Shown here: piece after piece, positions 12,107 through 23,569 of the stretch
How positions within the stretch are numbered: the first letter of the stretch is position 1
How the letters are laid out: every line of letters begins with the position of its first letter
Assembly (NCBI GenBank): GCA_963845755.1
Contig: CAWJTV010000015.1
Location: 128,001-192,000, forward strand
Source: an uncultured Planctomycetota bacterium
GTDB lineage: Bacteria > Planctomycetota > Planctomycetia > Isosphaerales > Isosphaeraceae
DNA: 64,000 nucleotides
Direction: 5' to 3'
Position numbers and translations under genes: made by a program
The notes under the pieces: model-generated
The model's database searches: none
What the model saw: the letters and a program-made list of their open reading frames with translations, nothing else
What the model was told of the DNA's origin: nothing

Positions 12107-13443
12107 TCACGGGGTCGTGGCAGCCTGGTCCGGCGTCGCTGCCGCCTGCGCCTCATAGTAATTGGCGAGACCCGGCTGTCCTTTCTTGCGATAGTAGTCG
12201 GCCAGGAGGCGATTCATCGCGGGATGAGACGGCTGAGCTCGGAGGACCAGGTTGGCCCATTCGATGGCCTCCTCCTCATGACCATGGGCCATCAGCCAAC
12301 TCGCTGCCGCGCTCCGAAGCGCCGGGTCAAGGGGCGAATCGCGCAGCGCGATGCTGATCCGCTCGAACTCCTTCTCGTCCTTGTGAAGCTGATCGACAGC
12401 CCGGAGCTCGGCAGCGGACTCGGTCTTCCTCCCGAGCCGGCTCAGGATCAGCATGCGCTGATACCGGAGGGCGGAATCGAAGGGATCGGCATTCACGGCC
12501 CGATCATAGTAGGCCAGCGCCGATTCGAACCGACCATGGCGGAGCTCGACCGAACCGCGGGCGGCCAGCACGACGGAATTCCGAGGCGACAGCGTCAAGG
12601 CGCGGTCGAGCAACCGGACCGCGGAGGGCTCGTCGCCCTGATCCAGCGCATTCCGCCCCGCGCCGAGATAGCCCATCGGGTCCTCCGGCTGCCGCGACTG
12701 GTAGGCTGCATATTCGGCGGCGGCTTCGTCATGACGGCGCAAGAATCGGAGCTGCTCGGCCAGCCCGAGCCGCGCCTTGTCGAGGCCGGGATCGCGCTCG
12801 AGCGCCGCGCGATAGCGTGCGATGACCACCTCGGGAGCGGCATCGTGCCGCATGTCGATCTCGGTCCGCAGCAGGTGGGGGCGACCGTCGTCGGGCACCT
12901 CGCGCGACCAGCGGTCCAGGACCGCGTCGGCCTCGCGCAATCGAAAGGAGCCGAGATAGATCCGCGCCAGGGCCTCTGCGACCTCCGGATCGGCCTTCTT
13001 GCTGCCCTCAAACGCCTCGCGAAGGTACGGCTCGGCCGCGGAGGATTGGTTGGCTTTGGCCAGGACCAAGCCCTGGAGCGGTACCAGAAACTGGCGGGGG
13101 TATCCCAGCGCCCGGGCCCGCTCCACTTCGTCGTGGGCGGTCGACAGGTCGTTTCGAGCCCAGGCGATTCGCGCCTTGAGGTAGTGGGCCTCGCCCGAAC
13201 GCGGCGCCGCCTTGAGCCAGCGCCCAGGCTTGCGGATGCCTCATCCAGTCGTCCGGCGTCCAGTGCACGGTGGGCAAGCCTTGCGTCCCGCGCGACCAGC
13301 CAGCGGTTTCGCAGCCAGATCCCTGCGGCAATCGCCCCCGCGGCGAGCACCACGAGATACAGGACCATCATTTGTCGCCGGCGCGAGGGGCCGGCGGCGG
13401 GCGGCGTTGCTGGCGACATCGAACTTGCCAGGGCCTCCGGCAT
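12107..13443 (-). CDS. N-anchored TPR protein, frameshifted
   Basis: ORF 12595..13443 supplies the N-terminal TM and 12107..13126 the TPRs ('YRAALERDP', 'LDRALTLSP', 'YYDRAVNADP'). Confidence 0.8.
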
Positions 13444-13768
13444 CCTCCCGATAAGCGGGCTTCTGAGATCGGCCCGGATCCGGTCGTGAGAGCGGTGAAA
13501 AAATCGGACGGACGATTCCGAGCAACCCGCCTCTCCTGGCGGTCAAGGATAGCGCGTTTCGGGACCGTGGACAAGAGCCGGCGAAGGAGGCGGGGCTGAT
13601 TCCGTAACTTGGCGAGCCGCCTGGCTCGGGCCGGGATTCTCCGCCAATCCGGGCCGGTACGATCGATTCTGGGGTTACGTTCCTGCCGATGTCGCCTGAT
13701 AGAATAGAATGCCTAAACGGTTGGCTTGGACACGCTCGGAGTTCCCGACCGAAGAACCTCCCTAACCC

Positions 13769-14001
13769 CAATACCGTTGAATTAGCGCTAACCAGGAGTA
13801 AGGACAGGACTTGCGAACGACTTGTTCCCACGCTCCCGCGTGGGAACCACCCTTCTGGGACGCTCCGCGTCCCCGCGGTGTCTCCACTGCGGCGTGACGC
13901 AGCCGACGCGGAGCGTCGAGGACGGCATTCCCACGCGGGAGCGTGGGAACGAGAACCAGGCCCTTTTCTGCCTTCAGTTTATCACGAATTCAACGGTATT
14001 G
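13769..14001. mobile_element. MITE-like non-autonomous element (233 bp)
   Basis: Terminal inverted repeats CAATACCGTTGAATT (13769-13783) and AATTCAACGGTATTG (13987-14001), flanked by direct repeat CCCTAACCC at 13760-13768 and 14002-14010. Confidence 0.7.
13821..13953. repeat. REP-like composite palindrome, family A (copy 1)
   Basis: GTTCCCACGCTCCCGCGTGGGAA ... GACGCTCCGCGTC / GACGCGGAGCGTC ... TTCCCACGCGGGAGCGTGGGAAC; second copy at 19606. Confidence 0.8.
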
Positions 14002-14085
14002 CCCTAACCCCCCCTTCGTAAGGGGGGGAAAGGAAACGGGCCATTCCGCCTCAGTTTCCCCTCCTTACGAAGGGGGGAATCGGGG
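14002..14085. repeat. REP-like palindrome pair, family B
   Basis: CCCCCCTTCGTAAGGGGGG and its inverted partner CCCTCCTTACGAAGGGGGG. Confidence 0.65.
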
Positions 14086-14173
14086 CATGGATCGCCTGCG
14101 CTGTGCGTGCCGGCCTTCGATCGTGCGAGACACACGTCGCGGTCGAGGGCCGTCGAGTTGAAAGGAACACGCG

Positions 14174-16565
14174 ATGAAAGGTCTCGTCCGGCTCTTGGTT
14201 GCGGGGGCCTTTTGCGTTGTGGCGGCGGTCGGGGCGATCGTCTGGATTACCGGAGGCATGGATTGGTCTCGCCTGGTCCGCCCGTCGGTCCCACCCGCCC
14301 CTCCGGGGACGAGCTCGGAAACCGAAGATCCCAACGTGACGTGGTATCCCGACCCCAACGCACCGGGAACGGATGCCAGGGTTTGCGTCGACCGGCGGCT
14401 CGCTGGATGTTGCTATGGGCGTCAACGCATTCGCGTTCAAGGGAACGATCCGGGACCCCAGCTCGCTGGGTGAGGTGCGTGAAGCGATCCGAGTGCGCGG
14501 GCCGCGAGGGCTCGCCGCCAAGCGCAGGAGTACGATCGGCTCGGGCTCGACGCTCATCCCACATTCCAGCAAGGCCTCAAGGCCATCCCATTGGCCGGCG
14601 AGGTCGCGTTCTACTACATGCACGAAGGGGATTTCGCGCAGGCCGAATCGTGGCTGCGACGAGGACTGGACCTGTGCCGGAACCTCGGTTTCCCCGCGGA
14701 GATCCAGGGCGAATTCCACGCGTTGCTCGGCATCTCCGCCCTCCGTCGCGGCGAGATCGAAAACTGCCTGGAGTGTCTCGGCCCGTCGAGCTGCATCTTC
14801 CCGATCGATCGCCAGGCCGTCCACATCCAGAAGGAAGGCTCACGCGAGGCCGTCCGGCACTTCTCGGATTACCTGAAACTGCGGCCCTGCGACCTTCGAT
14901 TCCGATGGCTCCTGAATATCGCCTACATGACCCTGGGCGAGTACCCGGAGCAAGTCCCGAGAGAATACCTCATCCCGATGGATGGGTTCCGCTCGAAGAT
15001 GGACGTCGGAGCCTTCCACAACGTCGCGCCCCGGGTAGGACTGGGCGTTCGCGGCCCGAACCTCGCCGGCGGGAGCTTCTTCGACGATTTCAACGGCGAC
15101 GACCTTCCGGACCTGTTCGTCACCTCGATCGACGTCGATCGGGGAGCTTCGCTGTTCCTGAACCGGGGCGATGGGACGTTCGACGATCGTTCCGCGTCCG
15201 CGGGACTCGACGCCCAGGTCTACGCCCTGAACCTGGCACGCGGCGATTACGATAACGACGGCCATCCCGACGTGTTGTTGTTACGCGGCGCGTGGGAGAA
15301 GCCGGGTCGGCTCTCGCTGCTCAGGAACACGGGCGACGGCGTGTTCGAGGACGTGACGCTCAAGAGCGGGCTGGGAGAGCCGATCTCCTCCGAGTCGGCC
15401 GTCTGGGGCGACTACGATAACGATGGTTGGCTCGACGTGTTCGTCTGCGGCGAATTCCACACGACCGATCCCAATCCCCGCGAGCGCTGCCGGCTCTATC
15501 ACAACCAGCACGATGGCACGTTCAAGGATGTCGGCCCGGAAGCCGGCGTCGCCGGTGATGGGATCGCCAAGGGATCGGCCTGGGGCGATTATGATGACGA
15601 CGGCCGACTCGACCTGTTCGTCTCGTACATGGACCATCCCTGTCACCTCTATCATAACGAGGGCAATGGCCGCTTCCGTGACGTCACCACCGAGCTGGGG
15701 ATGGCGGGACCGGCCCACCTGCGCTCGTTCGCCTGCTGGTTCTGGGACTACGACAACGACGGCAACCTGGACCTCCTCGTGAATGATTACTACGGCGCGC
15801 TCGTCAACATCGTGGCTCAGGCGATCGGCGTACGCGAGAAGGAAGACGCCGGACACCCTCGCCTCTACCGGAACCTGGGCAAGCAAGGCTTTCGCGACGT
15901 CAGCGATGAGGTTGGCCTGGATTCGACCATCGACGCGATGGGGGCGAATTTCGGGGACATCGACAACGACGGTTATCTCGACACCTATTTCGGGACGGGC
16001 GAGATGTCGTATTCGGGGCTGGTGCCGAACGTGATGCTCAAGAACGTCGAGGGACGGCGCTTCGAAGACGTAACGGACTCGTCCCGGACCGGGCATCTCC
16101 AGAAAGGTCATGGAATCTCGTTCGCCGACTGGGATTGCGACGGCGACCTGGACCTGTTCTGCGTCCTGGGTGGTGCGTTTCCCGGCGACCAGGCTTATAA
16201 TGTGTTGTTCCAGAACCCCGGTCACGGCCGGCACTGGCTGAAGGTCAAGCTGGTCGGCACCCGGACCAACCGATCCGCGATCGGGGCACGGATCCAGGCC
16301 GATCTGAAGGACGCCGACGGCCGCTGCGCGGTCGATCTACAGGACGATCGGCAACAACGGCAGCTTCGGGGGCAATTCACTGGTCGAGACGATCGGCCTG
16401 GGTGGCGCGACGTCCGTGACCAGCCTCAGAGTGACCTGGCCGACCAGTCGAACCACCCAGGTCTTCGCGAACGTAACTGCCGACCAACTGATCGTGATCA
16501 GTGAAGGGACCGATTCGTACAAGGCCGTTCGCCAGTCTCCCTTGAAGCCGCCGGCCGCCCGGTAG
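14174..16565 (+). CDS. Second CRTAC1/ASPIC-UnbV family protein, about 3 frameshifts
   Basis: ORFs 14174..14473, 14373..14876 and 14591..16504 plus a tail ending in TAG at 16563-16565; same motifs and order as 6099..8504. Confidence 0.9.
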
Positions 16566-16645
16566 GGAAGGCGGTGCCCCTCAGAGCACCGCCGTATGAT
16601 GCGGCGCCCCGTCCACCCTGCCTTCGAGTGTCCATCGAACGCTCT

Positions 16646-17969
16646 ATGGAACAACGCAACGGGACATCGAGCCGTGTACGTCCTCCCGGACTCGTGATCG
16701 TGATCGCCCTTGTGGGCTGCATTGGCGGGATCGTCGCGATCGGCGCGCGTCGATGGCGGGAGCCCGGGTACGCGCCTGAACGAAGTCCGGGCCCTCGCGC
16801 GTGCGGGAAAGTTCGAGCAGGCCCGGGAGGCGTTGCGCCCTGACCTGCGGGCCAGGCCCGATGACTCGCACGCTCACCTCCTGATGGCTCAGCTCGCCAC
16901 CGAGCCGCCGCGTCCCGATCCGAAGATCGCCCTGGAACACCTTCGTGCCGTCCGCACGAGCGGCCCGAGGGAGGCCGCGATCGTGAAGTTCTTCGAGGGG
17001 AAGGCGCAGTATCAGCGCGCGGTACGACCTGGCCGAGGACTGCTGGAAGGAGGCACTTCGCCTCGATCCCATCGTGCCGGGAGCGGGCTGGGCGTCATGG
17101 ACCTGCTGGACAAGGAGGGGCGGACGGAGGAAGCCCATCGGCTCGGCATGAGGATCCACGAGAGCGAGCCCGACCCGGTTGACCGGGTGAAGATCCTTCT
17201 GGAAGTCGCACGAATTGACATCGAGAAGGTCGCCCCCGGCTCGCAGGTCCAGTTGTTCGAGCCGCTGGCGAGGGAACACCCGGAGAACCTCCCTCTGGAC
17301 CTGTCGGCTGGCCTGGCCCTGGTCCATGACAGTCGGGGCGAGTCGGGGGTGGAGCTGCTGGAGGGGGCTCTCCGCGGCCACCCGGACTCGGCCGAGGCCT
17401 GGGATGCCTGGATGACCGGGTTGTTTGACGCAGCCCAGTTCGATCGATTCAGCGAGGAGTTTGCTCGCTTGCCCAAGGCGATCGCCGCCGATCCACGGTT
17501 CGCCAAGCACGAGGGAAAGCTGGCACAAAACGCCCGCGACTGGCCGCGGGCCGTCCGGGCTTATCGCCGCGCCCTCACACTCGATCCCTCGGACCAGGCG
17601 ATCCTCTACCGGTTCTGGTTCGTCCTTCGTCAGTCCGGGCAGACTGCGGAATTCGAACGGATCGACCGCGACTATCAGAGCTATCGCGAAGCCTATCGCC
17701 AGTTGCGCGGGACCACCTTCGATCTGGACCCGTCGGCCATGAAGCCGAGCTCGAATGCGGAGGAGCTCGGAAAGCATCGCGGCCTCTACTACGAGGCGAT
17801 TGCCATGCCGACGCTCGGCGTGGTTTCCCAGCCGGATCTCTATCATCGACTGGCCGACCTCCGCGAGCGAATGGGCCGGCGCGACGAGGCGCGCGCCTGG
17901 CACCTCCTGGTGCTGCGGGATCGCCCGGGCGACGCGGTCAGCCTGGCGGTGCTCGAGCGGTTGAAGTAA
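16646..17969 (+). CDS. N-anchored TPR protein, frameshifted
   Basis: N-terminal TM in ORF 16574..16843; TPR helices in ORF 16710..17969 ('AYRRALTLDPSD'). Confidence 0.8.
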
Positions 17970-18190
17970 CATGGAATCGTCCCAGCCCGATACCATTGCA
18001 CCTGAGTGCGTGGCTTCGGATGGTGCGTAGCCCACCGACCTCGGCGTCCTCCCGATCCGATGGGCTGGGTGAAACGCACCGACGTGCGAGGCAAGAGGTA
18101 CCCCGTCCGAACCACGGTCTCACGACCGGGGTCACCGTGAGCGGCAAGTGATCAGTGAGCAGTGGGCTCGTTGTGGCAAGCGACAAGAGA

Positions 18191-19486
18191 ATGATCTCCG
18201 AAACGGAAGTGGCCATTCCCTCCGAGGTTGAGCATTCGGTCGCTCAGGTTGAACGATCGGTCGCGGTGCCCGTGCCCGTTCGAGCGAGTCGGAGACGCCT
18301 TCGTTGGCTGACAACCTTGGTGGTATCCGCGGCAGTCGTCGGTTTGCTCGGATTCAATGCCTGGTGGTACTGGCGCGACACACGTCCGATCGCCAGCCTT
18401 CGAACGATCGAGGCCTGGATCGTCCGGGAACAATATGGTCCGGCCGAGGACGCGCTGCGGGCACGCCTCAGGCATGCCCCGCATGACGCCGAGGCTCGTA
18501 TGATTCTGGCGCGGGTCCTGGCTGCGCGGGGTGACACGGCGGGCTGCGCTCGAGAGCTGCATCAGGTTCCGCACTGGTGGCCGAACAAGCCCGATGCCCT
18601 GTTCCGCGAGGCTCAGGCTTACTTGATGATCGACCGGGCGAGGGAGGCCGAGGCCGCGCTCCTGGCGGTGATCGAGGCCGACCCACTCCATCCTCCAGGC
18701 TCGGAGCTCGCTCACGACGCGAGCCAGGAACTCCTGAAACTTTACGCGATGGAAGACCGATGGGAGGATGCCTACGGTGTCCTCTGGACGGCCTACGATC
18801 GTTCGGCGCCCGCCGACCGTCCCGTGTTGCTCTCGATGCGGATCCGATGCGAACTGCAGCGCGTGGCACCGACTGAATCGATAAAACTGCTACGTCGCTA
18901 CGTGGCCGCCGACCCACAGGACTGGGAGGCGCGACGTTCCCTGGCGAACGTCGAGATGGCGCTGGGCCACGGGGCGGAAGCGGTCCGCGAGATGCGGGCG
19001 TGCCTCGAGGGACGTCCGGACGATTCCCGCACCTGGCGCGACTATCTGACTCTACTCCAGTCGCTGGGCGATCTCGACGCCTTCAACGCCGCCCTGGAGC
19101 GGCTCCCCAAAAGCGCCGACGAGGAGCCGGAGATCTGGCTCCTTCGCGGCCAGGCGCGCGAGCGGAACGGCGACTCCGCCGGCGCCGCCGAGAACTATCG
19201 CCAGGCTCTCCAGCTCAACCCCAATCTCGTCGCCGCTCGCTATCGCCTGGCGATGATCGAGGAGCGCCTGGGCCATCGCCAGGAAGCCGCCGCCCACCGG
19301 AAGCGCTGGCAGGAGATCCGAGACGCCCGCGGAAAGCTGGCCCAGGTCTACTCGGACTACTACGCCGCGTTCGATCGACCTGCCCAGGACCTCCGCGACG
19401 CCGTCAAGAAGCTGGCCTCGATCTGCGAGACAATCGGCTGGCTACGGGTCGCGGAGGGCTGGAACCGGTACGCGGCCACCCTGTGA
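18191..19486 (+). CDS. N-anchored TPR protein
   Basis: Intact ORF; TM 'WLTTLVVSAAVVGLLGFNAWWYW' followed by TPRs ('NYRQALQLNPN'). Confidence 0.85.
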   Translation: MISETEVAIPSEVEHSVAQVERSVAVPVPVRASRRRLRWLTTLVVSAAVVGLLGFNAWWYWRDTRPIASLRTIEAWIVREQYGPAEDALRARLRHAPHDAEARMILARVLAARGDTAGCARELHQVPHWWPNKPDALFREAQAYLMIDRAREAEAALLAVIEADPLHPPGSELAHDASQELLKLYAMEDRWEDAYGVLWTAYDRSAPADRPVLLSMRIRCELQRVAPTESIKLLRRYVAADPQDWEARRSLANVEMALGHGAEAVREMRACLEGRPDDSRTWRDYLTLLQSLGDLDAFNAALERLPKSADEEPEIWLLRGQARERNGDSAGAAENYRQALQLNPNLVAARYRLAMIEERLGHRQEAAAHRKRWQEIRDARGKLAQVYSDYYAAFDRPAQDLRDAVKKLASICETIGWLRVAEGWNRYAATL

Positions 19487-19605
19487 GTACGCGGGACGCA
19501 ATGAGGAAACGACCATGAGCGGCGCATTCTTCTCTTCACTGCGTACGACCCTACGCGGTCTTGGAACGCTGACGGAACAACTTCCCGGAATCGGACCAGC
19601 CCTAA

Positions 19606-19724
19606 CTCGTTCCCACGCTCTGCGTGGGAATGCCTTCTTCGACGCTCTGCGTCGCGGCCTTCGGCCCCGCCCGTGGGACGCGGAGCGTCCCGGACGGCAT
19701 TCCCACGCGGAGCGTGGGAACGAG
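19606..19724. repeat. REP-like composite palindrome, family A (copy 2)
   Basis: CTCGTTCCCACGCTCTGCGTGGGAATGCC ... GGCATTCCCACGCGGAGCGTGGGAACGAG. Confidence 0.8.
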
Positions 19725-19854
19725 GGGAAATCGGGAGGTTGTTTCGTCAGCGTTCCTCGGCCGCAAGCTAGAGCGCGTAACGATTGCGTTGCGCATGCGC
19801 CCGCCGCGAGCGATCGAGCCCACCGCGGCCAGTGGGGGACGATGTGCGGCGGCG

Positions 19855-20040
19855 GCCCGCAGGGCCTCAGGAGCAAAGCCCCGGGTGAAACCCGGTGTCC
19901 GCGGCAAGCCGGCCTTCATCCCCGGAGGCCTGAAGGGCCGCAGGAGACGTCCGGCACCCCTTCAGGGTGCACGAGGAAGGCGCGGGGTGCACGAGTCCCA
20001 GGGTTTCACCCTGGGCTGGGTTCCCGCGGCCCGTCAGGCC
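19855..20040. repeat. REP-like composite palindrome, family C (copy 1)
   Basis: AGCAAAGCCCCGGGTGAAACCCGG ... CCTGAAGGG / CCCTTCAGG ... CCCAGGGTTTCACCCTGGGCT; similar layout at 57700. Confidence 0.6.
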
Positions 20041-20130
20041 GCAGAACATCGGAAATGTTGAATCACGAATCGGGGCTTCCCGACTTGTCGCACGACCCAG
20101 GGATCCTACGGAGGAAGACTCGACTGACCA

Positions 20131-22004
20131 ATGACCAATCCCCAACGATGTCTTCTGGGCGTGATCGTGCTGGGAGCATCGCTCCTTTTCGGCTGGCTTG
20201 GGTGGTCGCGGTACCGGTTGACGACCGACCCATTGAGCATGGCGCGAGAGGCGTATTCCCGCGGCGACTGGGAGTCTGCGGCCGGCCTGTGCGTGCGCGG
20301 CTCAAGTCGGCGCCCGAAGACGTCCCGGCCTTGCAACTCCTGGCCCGGGCGTCGGTCCGGCTGGGGCGAGACTCCGTGGCGACGGCGCTCTATCAACGGC
20401 TTGGCTCGTTGGCCCCGACAGCCGAAGACCTGTATCTCCAGGGGCTGGTCCTGTCCCGGTCCGACAAGCCCCGGCGGGCGGTGGCCACCTGGGAGCACGC
20501 CCGGACCCTGGATCCGGATCATCCTGAGACGCTTCTCGAGCTGACCCGCGCTATCGCGCCCGCGGCCGCCTCGACGACGCGGAGCAGGTCGGTACCGCAC
20601 TGGCAACTGCGCCACGGTTGGGAGTCGCGCGCCGAGGCGATGCTCGGCATGATCCAGCTCGAGCGGAACGACCCGGCGGGCGCCGCCGCCTACTGGCTGC
20701 GTGCCCTGGGGCGAGCGGAGGTGGTGAAAGACGGGGTGCCCCGGCCGATCGTGCCGCGCAAGGAACTGGCGATCGCCTGGCTGCGAGCGGGGCGACCGGG
20801 CGATGCCCGGGACCAGCTCCGCATCGTCCTGGCCGCGAAGCCCGATCCCGAAGCCTACTGGCTCATGAGCCGCGCCGCACTTCAGGAGGGCGCCTGGGAT
20901 GAAGCCCGGTCCGCGTTCCAGAAGGGGAGCGCCTATCGCGACGAGCATCCCGAGGTCTTCGACCCGGCCCCGTACGTCGGCTCGGAGCCGTGCGCCGCCT
21001 GCCATACCGCCGAGTTCAAATCGCAGCAGGCTTCGCGTCATGCCCGGACGTTTTTCCGCGACGCCGAGCTCGGCGGCCTCGTGCTCCCCGCCTCGACGGT
21101 CGCCGATCGCTTCGATTCCAGGACCACACACGCGCTCTACCGGACCGCCGACGGCCGGTTGCGGCAGGAGACCCGAAGGGACCGTCAGGTCTTCGACGCG
21201 GTCGTCCAGTATGCGTTCGGCTCCGGGGACCGGGGACTGACTCTCGTGGGGCGCGACGGCAAAGGGAAAGCCTACGAGCTTCGGCTCTCGGAGTATCCCG
21301 ATGGCTCCGCCGCGACCTGGGACCTGACTTCAGGTCATCCACGCAATCCGGGCCGGCCCGAAGAGTTCCTCGGCCAGCCGCTGACCGAAGATGCGGTCCG
21401 ACTCTGCCTGTCCTGTCACGTTACCGAGCCGAAAGCCGTGCTCGACCGATCCGGCCCGTGCGCGCTCGACCGGGGAATCGGCTGCGAGAAATGTCACGGC
21501 CCCGGCGGGAACCACCTGAGGGCGGTCGAGGCCAAGCTTGTCGAGTCGGACCCGTCGATCGGCCGGCCATCGATGGTCGCCGGCGCCCGGCTCGTACACA
21601 TCTGCGCCCAGTGTCACACCCCGTCCAACCACGAGGTCTCGCGCGACGACCCGACCTCGGCCCGCTTCCAGAGCACCACGCTGACCTGGAGCCGCTGCTT
21701 CACCGAGAGCAACGACTCGCTGGATTGCGCGACCTGCCATAACCCGCATCGGGATGCCTCGACATCGATCCCACACTACGAGGCCCGGTGCCTGTCGTGC
21801 CATTCCAGCCAGGGTTCGGGACCGAGATCGCCTCAGACCGGCGACTCGAGGCCGCGTCGGCACGCGCTCATTCCATCCTCGGCTCGCACGATCTGTCCAG
21901 TCAACCCGGTGCAGGGCTGTATCGGCTGCCACATGCCGGCCGTCAAGGACATCGTCCCCCACTCGTCCTTCACCGATCACTTCATCCGCGTGCACCGAGA
22001 TTGA
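20131..22004 (+). CDS. N-anchored TPR plus multiheme c-type cytochrome (7 CxxCH), frameshifted
   Basis: TM in ORF 20131..20544, TPRs, then CAACH, CLSCH, CEKCH, CAQCH, CATCH, CLSCH, CIGCH and the terminal 'FTDHFIR' in ORF 19515..22004. Confidence 0.85.
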
Positions 22005-22007
22005 CGA

Positions 22008-23391
22008 TCATCCTTCCCTGGGCTCGAGAGGCGTCGCGATCGATGCGGCCGATGGATTTTGGGTCGCCGTAGGCGAGCCCGGAGACGGCGGGGAACCGGT
22101 TGGGAAATCGTATTCGGTAGCGAGCACATCGGCGAGGGAACGTCCGGCCCCCTCACGGCTCGCTTCGTTCCGTTTGAGCTCGTTGAGGTGGTGCCGAAGA
22201 TCCTCACGGTCCGGATGCATGGCGATGGCCACGGTCAGGTTGGCCCTGGCCCGGAAACCCTGGCCGAGCTGTTCGGCCAGGCGCGCCATCTCCACGGAGT
22301 CGCGCACTGGTTGATTGCGCCGATAGAGTTTCTGGTAGCGCGCCTCGAGTCGCTCGATCTCGCCCTTCCGAGTTTGCAGATCGGCGGCGCGGGACGGTTG
22401 GCCTTCCTGGGTCGCCAGGGCGGCGAGCCGGTCGAGAACGGCATGGTCGGCGGGATCGACCACGATGAGGCGTTCGAGGGCCCGCCGTTCGGCACCAGGA
22501 TCCCCGCGCCTGCGCGGCTAGCCAGGCTGCAAGGCGCGGGGCCTCGGCGGGAGGCGATTCCGCGACGGGGAGATGCTTCAGCGCTTCGCTCGCCGCCGCA
22601 ACGTGATTGGTCCTCACCGCCCAGTCCAGCCGGGCTCGCCAGACCGGGATATCCTCGGGCCGACGCTGCAGACAGGCATCGAGCCACCGCTTCGCCTCGT
22701 CGAACGATCCGCTACGGATCGCCAGGTTGGCCTTCCCGAGCCAGACCCGATCGTCGTCCGGAGCCAGGCTTGCGGCCTGGTCGAGGATGGAACGGATCGC
22801 GTCCGGCGACATGGGGTTTTGCTGGTGCTCGATGTGCGACCGGACCAGGTTGATGGCCTGCTCGGTAGCCCCTTCACCCGCCCGGTCCAGCGCATCCCAG
22901 CGCCTCTCGATCAAATGAAGGGACTCCGCGAGGCGACCTTGATATCGATAGAGCGGTTCGAGCAAGATCAAGACACTGGATGCCTCGACCCGAGGATCGT
23001 CTCGTGCGTCCCGGATGATCTGCTCAGTCTCCGAGAATCGCCCGCGCTCCGTCTCGATCTTCATCCGACCCAGGAGCGCACTGGCGGCGAACGGAGAATC
23101 GGGCGCCACCCGGGCCCAGGCCTCCGCGGCCGGTTGGGGCCGCCCTCGAGCCAGCTCGCAGGTGCCCAGGAGATAAAGAGCCGCGTCCGAGCCGGGCTTC
23201 CGGGCCAGTAGCTCATGCAGTCTCCGCGTGGCGGTCGCGTGTCGCCCGTTCTTGATCTCCTGCTCGATCTCCGCGATGGCGATGCGATCGCGCCGGACGT
23301 CCCACCCTTTCCAACCGACGCGGAGCAGCACCGCCCCGGCGACGATGGCCAGCAACCCCACGAGCCGCCAACGCCCCGCGCGCTCCCTCAT
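22008..23391 (-). CDS. N-anchored TPR protein, frameshifted
   Basis: ORF 22204..23748 from 'MRERAGRWRLVGLLAIV' plus ORF 22008..22463; TPR-like helices. Confidence 0.75.
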
Positions 23392-23569
23392 CCCGATCTC
23401 CCGTCGTAAGAGTATCCGGGCCACGTGAGCCCAGCCTTCAATCAGTATGTCCAGCCGGGGCCGTGGCCGGCAATCCGACCCGGTCGCTGGACGCCTTGAC
23501 AGGTAATCCATGCCTTGCCAAGATGCAGAGATCCACCGTTCGATCCCCGATTGCGATGGGCCGACGCCG

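Noticed and set aside
10949..13489. 846-aa ORF
   Set aside because: Chimera: a real TPR N-terminus frameshifts into the antisense strand of the convergent TPR gene.
19515..20130. N-terminal 200 aa of the 829-aa cytochrome ORF
   Set aside because: Translates REP palindromes; the real start with a TM helix is at 20131 in another frame.
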